From the NCBI GenBank assembly GCA_002493865.1, contig DLAC01000010.1:31017-95016 (forward strand): 64,000 nucleotides of DNA, written 5' to 3'. The notes beneath the pieces are model-generated. The model was not told the origin of the DNA and made no database searches. It saw only the letters and a list, made by a program, of their open reading frames with translations. The first letter of the stretch is position 1; the number at the start of each line of letters is the position of its first letter. Shown here in pieces: positions 58,184 through 64,000 of this stretch. The DNA is from Bacillales bacterium UBA7057 (lineage in GTDB: Bacteria; Bacillota_I; Bacilli_A; RF39; UBA660). The translations under genes were made by a program, and so were the position numbers.

Positions 58184-58585
58184 TTACTTGATAAAATTAC
58201 TAGCCTTAAATTTTTCAATAATTCTTTTTTCGGATATATTTCCTTCAATTCGTGCGGTGGTCGTTTCCTCTTCACCATTTGTGTAAAAAATAATGGTTGG
58301 AGTTGCACTGACTCCTAATGAATCGTTTTCTTCTTGAGATAACTTCTTTAAATCAATATATTTGATTTCTACTTTATATTTCTTTGTAATTTTTTTTAAT
58401 TTTGGCCGAATTCCTTGACAGGCACTACAATCATTTTTCATCACCTCTAAGACAAAGGTTTCTTTATTCTCTATTAACTTTTGATATTCTTTATAAGAAA
58501 TCTCATGGATATAGTTTTTATCGCATCCAGTGCTTAAAATAATCCCAAAAACTAATAAAAATAACATAACTCCATATTTTTTCAT
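58184..58585 (-). CDS. thioredoxin-family lipoprotein
   Basis: Lipobox LSTGC. CxxC active site CSAC in a thioredoxin-like context. Confidence 0.6.
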   Translation of the reverse strand: MKKYGVMLFLLVFGIILSTGCDKNYIHEISYKEYQKLIENKETFVLEVMKNDCSACQGIRPKLKKITKKYKVEIKYIDLKKLSQEENDSLGVSATPTIIFYTNGEEETTTARIEGNISEKRIIEKFKASNFIK

Positions 58586-58743
58586 ATATTTACCTCACAA
58601 TTTCTATTATCAAATTTATCACTTTAAAACTATAGTTGTCAATCTAGTTTCTACTTAATTTCTACTTAATTTTCTAGAAAGTTCTTTTTCTTTCACTTGA
58701 AATATGTTATACTGAGAAAGAATAGATAATAGGAGGGGTTACC

Positions 58744-60309
58744 TTGGTACTTAGAAAACCATATGCATTTTTAATTAAGCATTTTAAAAAAATTAATGTA
58801 TTATTACTGCTTCTTGTTATTTTTGTTGCCTATAAAGACATTAAACTTTATGGATTTTTAAAGGATTATGTTTCTACTGCCATTTATAATAATGCATTAG
58901 ATCCAATTTCTAATTATGTGGATCTTTGGGGATTTTTATCACTACTAATTATCCTGATGATTTCTTGTACTCTTGGATATCTTTTAAAATATAAAAATAA
59001 ACCGTATGTATTTTATTTATATATTGCAATTTCGAATCTTTTAACACTCATTGTATTCCTTTACATGAGATATTATTTTTCACCAGGAGTATTTTCTGGT
59101 TATAGTATGGAAGCGTCCCGCAACTTAATGTATGTTACCTTAGTCACAGTTCTTCCTTATATTGTTAGTGTTTTATTATTGTTTATTCGTGCGATCGGTC
59201 TCGATTTAAAGAAATTTGGTTTTCATGAGGATAAAGATTTCCTGGAAATGGATGAATTAGACCGTGAAGAAGTAGAAGTAGAAGTTAGTTTTGATAAAGA
59301 TATTATTATTCGTAAGATAAAAAATAAAATTCGATTATTTAAATATTTCTTTATGGAACACAAGTTCTCCTTATCCATCATTACCGTAGTAGTAATCGCA
59401 GTTTTAACGATTTTTATTTATAACTATGTTTATGTTGAACATAAAGTGTATGGAATGAATGAAAAATTTAGATCCAATAATTATAATTTCGTGATAGAAA
59501 ACACTTATTTAACAGACAAGGATTATGCTGGAAATATGGTTTCGACTCAAGGTAAATACTATGTTATTTTAGATTTTCAAGTACAGAATTTATTGAATCA
59601 AACAAGAGATTTTGATATATCTAAGTTTCATTTATTTGTAGATGATCGCTTTTATGAACCAGATTTGAGATTTAATAATTATTTTAATGATATCGGTAGA
59701 GTTTATGAGGGTGCTAGTATTGGAAAGAAACAAACAGAAAATTATATATTAATCTATGAAATAGATCCACCTTCCAAGAATAGTAATTTCTTACTTACTT
59801 ATCAGGATTTACTGACGAAAGAAAATAAAGTAATTAAAGTAAAAATTCAGGTTAGAGATCTTAGCAAGTTTGTAGATAGAGATTCTAAAACAATGAATGA
59901 AACTTTAGAAGTACCAATTAATTTAGATGAAAAGAAGAATTTTAGTATTACAGAATCTTTAGTTACAGATTCTACCACTTATACTTATGAAAAATGTTAT
60001 GTACATAATTGTCCAATTTATCAAGGAACTTTGGTAGGAAAGAATGGAAATACAATTCTTCGTTTAAAAGGAGATTTTGGAGAAGATAGTGTTGAAGATT
60101 TTATTAAGTTTCTAAGTAAGTATGGAAAACTTCGATACAATATTGATGGAGTAGATAAAGAAATTTCTTTAGCCTTTATGTTAGAAAAAGGATATCGTGG
60201 TAAAATGATTTATTTATCAGTACCAGGAGAGATTAAAACTGCTACTCAGATGGAACTATTATTTACAGTTCGAACCTATCAATATACTTATAAATTAAAA
60301 GGGAAGTGA
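58744..60309 (+). CDS. hypothetical polytopic membrane protein with extracellular beta-rich C-terminal domain
   Basis: TTG start after RBS AGGAGG. About six TM helices followed by a ~300-aa soluble domain. Confidence 0.45.
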   Translation: MVLRKPYAFLIKHFKKINVLLLLLVIFVAYKDIKLYGFLKDYVSTAIYNNALDPISNYVDLWGFLSLLIILMISCTLGYLLKYKNKPYVFYLYIAISNLLTLIVFLYMRYYFSPGVFSGYSMEASRNLMYVTLVTVLPYIVSVLLLFIRAIGLDLKKFGFHEDKDFLEMDELDREEVEVEVSFDKDIIIRKIKNKIRLFKYFFMEHKFSLSIITVVVIAVLTIFIYNYVYVEHKVYGMNEKFRSNNYNFVIENTYLTDKDYAGNMVSTQGKYYVILDFQVQNLLNQTRDFDISKFHLFVDDRFYEPDLRFNNYFNDIGRVYEGASIGKKQTENYILIYEIDPPSKNSNFLLTYQDLLTKENKVIKVKIQVRDLSKFVDRDSKTMNETLEVPINLDEKKNFSITESLVTDSTTYTYEKCYVHNCPIYQGTLVGKNGNTILRLKGDFGEDSVEDFIKFLSKYGKLRYNIDGVDKEISLAFMLEKGYRGKMIYLSVPGEIKTATQMELLFTVRTYQYTYKLKGK

Positions 60310-62168
60310 AAAAAATGAAAAGAAAACAGAAAGAAGCTACAATTAAGACTAAGAAGATCATCATAATATTAATCATTGGACTATGCTTGATAACACTTGG
60401 TGTACTGTCATGGAATTTTTTCTTCTCAAGATATTATCATTTTCATAAACAGGAAAGTATGTTTTTAGAAAGTACGAAAAGTTATTATGATACGTATCCT
60501 AGATATTTGCCTAAAAAAGGGGAAACAAGGGAGATAACTCTACAGGATTTATATGATACGAGTAAGATAGAAACTTTGTATGTACCAGGAAGCAAAAAAC
60601 TTTGTGATCCAAATAGTTGGGTGCGTGTTTATCAAAACGAAAATGGTGACTATGAATATTTTGTAAATCTAGAATGTAATCGTTTCAAATCAAAAATTGA
60701 TAGAAAAGGCCCTGAGATTGAACTGAATGGAGATAAAAAGTTAATTGTGGATTATGGAACTGAATATAAAGATCCAGGAGTTAAATCTGTGAAGGATGAT
60801 ACTGATGGAAAAATGGATGTGAAAAAAGTAGAAGTTGATACATCTAAAGTAGATACAAAATCTCCAGGATCTTACAAAGTTATTTATACCGCTTATGATA
60901 AACTGCATAATGAAACGAAAGTAACAAGAGAAGTTCAAGTCGTTGATAAACTTTATTCTTTTGTGATTAGAAATACGGATGAAACAAATTATTATAGAGG
61001 GGATGAAGTGAAGAACTTTGTTCAATTTTCTGGAATGCTTTGGAGGATTGTAAATGTCAATGAAGACAATACTGTAAAGTTAGTCTTAGCCAATTCCAGT
61101 TCTAATGTCATATTTGGAGTCAAAGAGAAATTTACAGATTCCAATGTTTATCATTGGTTAAATGACTATTTTTATCCACATTTAAAGAATTCAGAAAAAT
61201 ATATTGTAAAAGATGCTTCTTGGTGTAGTAACCATGCAGTTTATAGTTTGGAAGATATTCCTACGGAGTGTAATGGAGAAACATTTCAAAGCCCAGTTGG
61301 ATTACTATCTACTAAAGATTTAAAATTGAGTGATGGAAATACTAGGGGATCTTATTTAAATGCAAATCAGCTTTATTGGCTGTTAGACCGAGTAAATAGT
61401 GAAATGATTAACATCGCAGATAGCACAGAAACGAAAGGTTTTACCGCATGGAGCGCTAGAACTTATGGTGCAGTTCGTCCAGTCATTACTTTAAATACTG
61501 ATATTTATATTATAAGCGGTAGTGGATTATTTACTGATCCATATAAATTAAATGATTATGAATACGCCAAAGAAAATGAACAACTCAAAGACCGACTCGA
61601 TGGAGAATATTTTTCTTATTCAGGGTACTTATTTAGAAAAATAGATACAGATAAAGACGGAAATGTAAAAATGATTATGTCTGGTAATATGAAAAATCCA
61701 GAAACAAGAGAGGAATTTTTAATTGGATATGCAGATTCTGTTACAGAGCGCAGGTTTGATCCAAGTACTCCTGGAAATGTTGGTTATACTTTAAATGAAG
61801 ATCTTTTACTTCATTTAAGTGATAAATCGATTGTAGAACATGAGTATGAAATTCCAGAAATTGATATTGAATCGCCATTTAATCAGTGGAAGAAAACAAA
61901 GGTAAAATCTATGCTATCTCTTCCTACTAGTTATGATTTATTTTCTACTCATAATGCTTTAGGTGATGTCGATGATTCCAATTTTCTGTTGTTAGATTAT
62001 AGTTCAGATAATGATATTACTTTCGTTAATACGGGAAATGGCTTTGCCTTTACTCTTAATCAAGATGTGTTTGGTGAAAATACAGTTAAAGTGGTTTTAT
62101 ATCTAAAAGGAAATTTAAAGGTCGCAAGTGGACGGGGAACTTATTCTAATCCATATTATATTAAATAA
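60306..62168 (+). CDS. membrane-anchored extracellular protein with bacterial Ig-like (DUF5011-like) domain
   Basis: Single N-terminal TM helix. GPEIELNGDKKLIVDYGTEYKDPGVKS...SPGSYKVIYTAYD matches the DUF5011 Ig-like pattern. Confidence 0.5.
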   Translation: MKKMKRKQKEATIKTKKIIIILIIGLCLITLGVLSWNFFFSRYYHFHKQESMFLESTKSYYDTYPRYLPKKGETREITLQDLYDTSKIETLYVPGSKKLCDPNSWVRVYQNENGDYEYFVNLECNRFKSKIDRKGPEIELNGDKKLIVDYGTEYKDPGVKSVKDDTDGKMDVKKVEVDTSKVDTKSPGSYKVIYTAYDKLHNETKVTREVQVVDKLYSFVIRNTDETNYYRGDEVKNFVQFSGMLWRIVNVNEDNTVKLVLANSSSNVIFGVKEKFTDSNVYHWLNDYFYPHLKNSEKYIVKDASWCSNHAVYSLEDIPTECNGETFQSPVGLLSTKDLKLSDGNTRGSYLNANQLYWLLDRVNSEMINIADSTETKGFTAWSARTYGAVRPVITLNTDIYIISGSGLFTDPYKLNDYEYAKENEQLKDRLDGEYFSYSGYLFRKIDTDKDGNVKMIMSGNMKNPETREEFLIGYADSVTERRFDPSTPGNVGYTLNEDLLLHLSDKSIVEHEYEIPEIDIESPFNQWKKTKVKSMLSLPTSYDLFSTHNALGDVDDSNFLLLDYSSDNDITFVNTGNGFAFTLNQDVFGENTVKVVLYLKGNLKVASGRGTYSNPYYIK

Positions 62169-62180
62169 AAGAGGTAATGT

Positions 62181-62948
62181 ATGAAAAAGCAAGATAAGAC
62201 GCAAAGAAAATTTAGAAAAGGGGGAACAATCCTAGTAGCAGTAATTATCCTTTTAATCATCGGATTAATGATCGTGATTGGTTCTAATTCTAATGGTAAG
62301 GATTATTATTCCCCAGCATCAAAAGTAGAACAAATGAAATCTACTATTATTGAAGATAGTGAAACGATTGGATGGATCAATGTTCAAGGAACGGATATTG
62401 ATTACCCTGTAGTGTATGAAACAAATTTAGTATACCAAGGACTGAAGGATTATTTATGGCTTTCCAATCGGTATATTGAAGGAAATAATAGGATTGCTAT
62501 TTTTGGACATAATATTCGTAATGTTTCTAGCAAACCCCTCATTAAAGAAAAAGGACATGTACGATTTGAACAACTTTTAAGTTTTGTATATTATGATTTT
62601 GCGAAAGACAACTTATATATTCAATACAGTCATGATAATAAAGATGAACTTTATAAGATTTATGCCATTGGTTTTTATGAACAAGATGAAGATGTTGGAG
62701 ATTCCTTAACTGATTCTGAAGAAATTAAGGAATATATTAAAGATGCTAAAGAGAACAGTATTTATGATTATAAAGTTAGTGTAAATGAGGATGATTTTTT
62801 AATCTCTCTAGCCACTTGTACGAGATTTTTTGGTGCAGATGGAAAGACAGCCTTTAGAATAGATGCTAGAAAGGTTCGTGTTGGTGAGAAAATTAATAAA
62901 TATAGGGTTCAAAAAAGTAAAAATTATGATATGCTTAATTTAGAGTAG
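62181..62948 (+). CDS. srtB: class B sortase
   Basis: N-terminal TM anchor. Motifs GWINVQGTDIDYPVV, IAIFGHN, LATCT and a conserved Arg, typical of SrtB. Confidence 0.7.
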   Translation: MKKQDKTQRKFRKGGTILVAVIILLIIGLMIVIGSNSNGKDYYSPASKVEQMKSTIIEDSETIGWINVQGTDIDYPVVYETNLVYQGLKDYLWLSNRYIEGNNRIAIFGHNIRNVSSKPLIKEKGHVRFEQLLSFVYYDFAKDNLYIQYSHDNKDELYKIYAIGFYEQDEDVGDSLTDSEEIKEYIKDAKENSIYDYKVSVNEDDFLISLATCTRFFGADGKTAFRIDARKVRVGEKINKYRVQKSKNYDMLNLE

Positions 62949-62959
62949 AGGAGTGAATT

Positions 62960-64000
62960 ATGAAAAAAAGAATCTATTTATTATATAGTTTTTCTATCTT
63001 AGCTTTATTATTTTCTTTTTCGACAATGAATGTTAAAGCGGCAGGAATAGCAGATTATCAGTTTCCTGATTATATTAGTGTGGATAAAAAAATTTATAAA
63101 GCTAAATGGCGTAAAAAGACAGGAGATACTTATCAAAATTTAAAAGGTGCAGAAAATGTGACAGAAGAAAATCTGACTCAGCTGTCTTATGACCATATTG
63201 CACTTAGTTGTGTAAAATTTAAAGAAGGAATACAGACAAAACGGGTAGATGACTCAGTGATTGCAGAAGATGCAAGTGGAAATCGTGTTTCTGATTACTG
63301 CGAAAGTGGATACTCTGTTTCTTTTGATGCTATTTTAGAAAGTGGCGCATTAATTCAAGAAGATGGTGTTTGGAAACTAAAAGTATGCGATTATTACGCT
63401 AGGGGATTAGAATCTGTTATTGGCGATATTGTCGATGCTAAAAATATTGATATGACTGAAATTGGGGGAGGAAGATATCGTATTACATTTAAAATACTAG
63501 AACAAAATCCAGGCGTTTTTATGATTCGAAAACTAAATTACAGCACTTATCAAGCCAATGGAATGACACAATATCGATTTGATGATTCTGGAAATCTAGG
63601 TTCTTATAGAGAAGTTTATGGTTCCTCTATGGATTTGGATTTTGGAGAAGAATTCTATCTACAATTCTATATTAATGGTAACTCAGAAACTTGTAGTTCA
63701 GAGTTTGTGGCTGAATATAGAGCAGCTGCCCCTACCTTTGTTTCTAATCCAGTGATTAAATATACCTATGATGACGGAAGAAATATGTGTGATGTCTTAA
63801 AAAATGAATTTAGTACAGATCCAATTGCCAAAGGAATGGTTCCAACTTGTTATAAAAATGTGATTAATTATGGGGAGGATATTCCTAGTAGAGAAAGTAT
63901 TATGCTAACAATTGCCCAAGTACAAGATATGATTCGTGGGAAAAGTAACGTTCCCAAAAACACAAGTAGTGGTAGTAACACTCGAAAATGTGAGTTTGTA
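62960..64000 (+). CDS. secreted protein (partial, continues beyond window end)
   Basis: ATG 62960 with signal peptide MKKRIYLLYSFSILALLFSFSTMNVKA. The frame stays open to the window end, so it is absent from the ORF track. Confidence 0.45.
   Translation, partial: MKKRIYLLYSFSILALLFSFSTMNVKAAGIADYQFPDYISVDKKIYKAKWRKKTGDTYQNLKGAENVTEENLTQLSYDHIALSCVKFKEGIQTKRVDDSVIAEDASGNRVSDYCESGYSVSFDAILESGALIQEDGVWKLKVCDYYARGLESVIGDIVDAKNIDMTEIGGGRYRITFKILEQNPGVFMIRKLNYSTYQANGMTQYRFDDSGNLGSYREVYGSSMDLDFGEEFYLQFYINGNSETCSSEFVAEYRAAAPTFVSNPVIKYTYDDGRNMCDVLKNEFSTDPIAKGMVPTCYKNVINYGEDIPSRESIMLTIAQVQDMIRGKSNVPKNTSSGSNTRKCEFV

Overview
Low-GC (~30%) Firmicutes chromosome from a spore-former; the sporulation call rests on cotJ(A/B)C, B. 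subtilis-type cotE, spoIVFA/spoIVFB, sigG and ylmC. The miaB-ymcA-cotE gene order resembles Bacilli/Erysipelotrichia, but the taxon is uncertain. Housekeeping genes (tRNA-His, galE, miaB, rpsP, KH protein, cdsA, rseP, pssA-psd, radC, mreCD, trmL, U32 peptidase) are interleaved with accessory blocks. There are four of these. (i) A surface glycosylation cluster at 8.9-16.9 kb carries GT4, Alg14/Alg13-like, GtrB-like and two GT2 paralogs, galE and an ankyrin-repeat protein. It also contains a decayed IS605-family TnpB 3' fragment with a structured right-end region. (ii) A tandemly duplicated two-gene cassette at 19.4-25.9 kb (membrane-anchored Cys-containing protein plus a ~710-aa phage-tail-collar fibre-like protein) sits between cotE and rpsP with no prophage context. 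The second fibre copy is broken by a +1 frameshift in an A8 homopolymer. (iii) A T7SSb-like locus at 33.7-46.6 kb has essC, a yukD-like gene and WXG100 genes. It holds three tandem polymorphic effector paralogs sharing an LXG-like N-terminal module with divergent C-termini. One C-terminus is a SleB-like cell-wall hydrolase and one is S/T/N-rich low-complexity. WXG100-like partner genes are interspersed, and there are two stand-alone copies of the N-terminal module, one of them in a higher-GC inverted pair. No EssB/EsaA/EssA homologues are recognisable in the window. (iv) A sortase-B-linked cluster of surface proteins lies at the 3' end, and a thioester-domain/Cna-B adhesin at 6.4 kb. One PPOX-like gene carries an in-frame TGA, probably an Arg CGA->TGA nonsense change. 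All functional calls come from reading motifs in the translated ORFs; no database searches were run.
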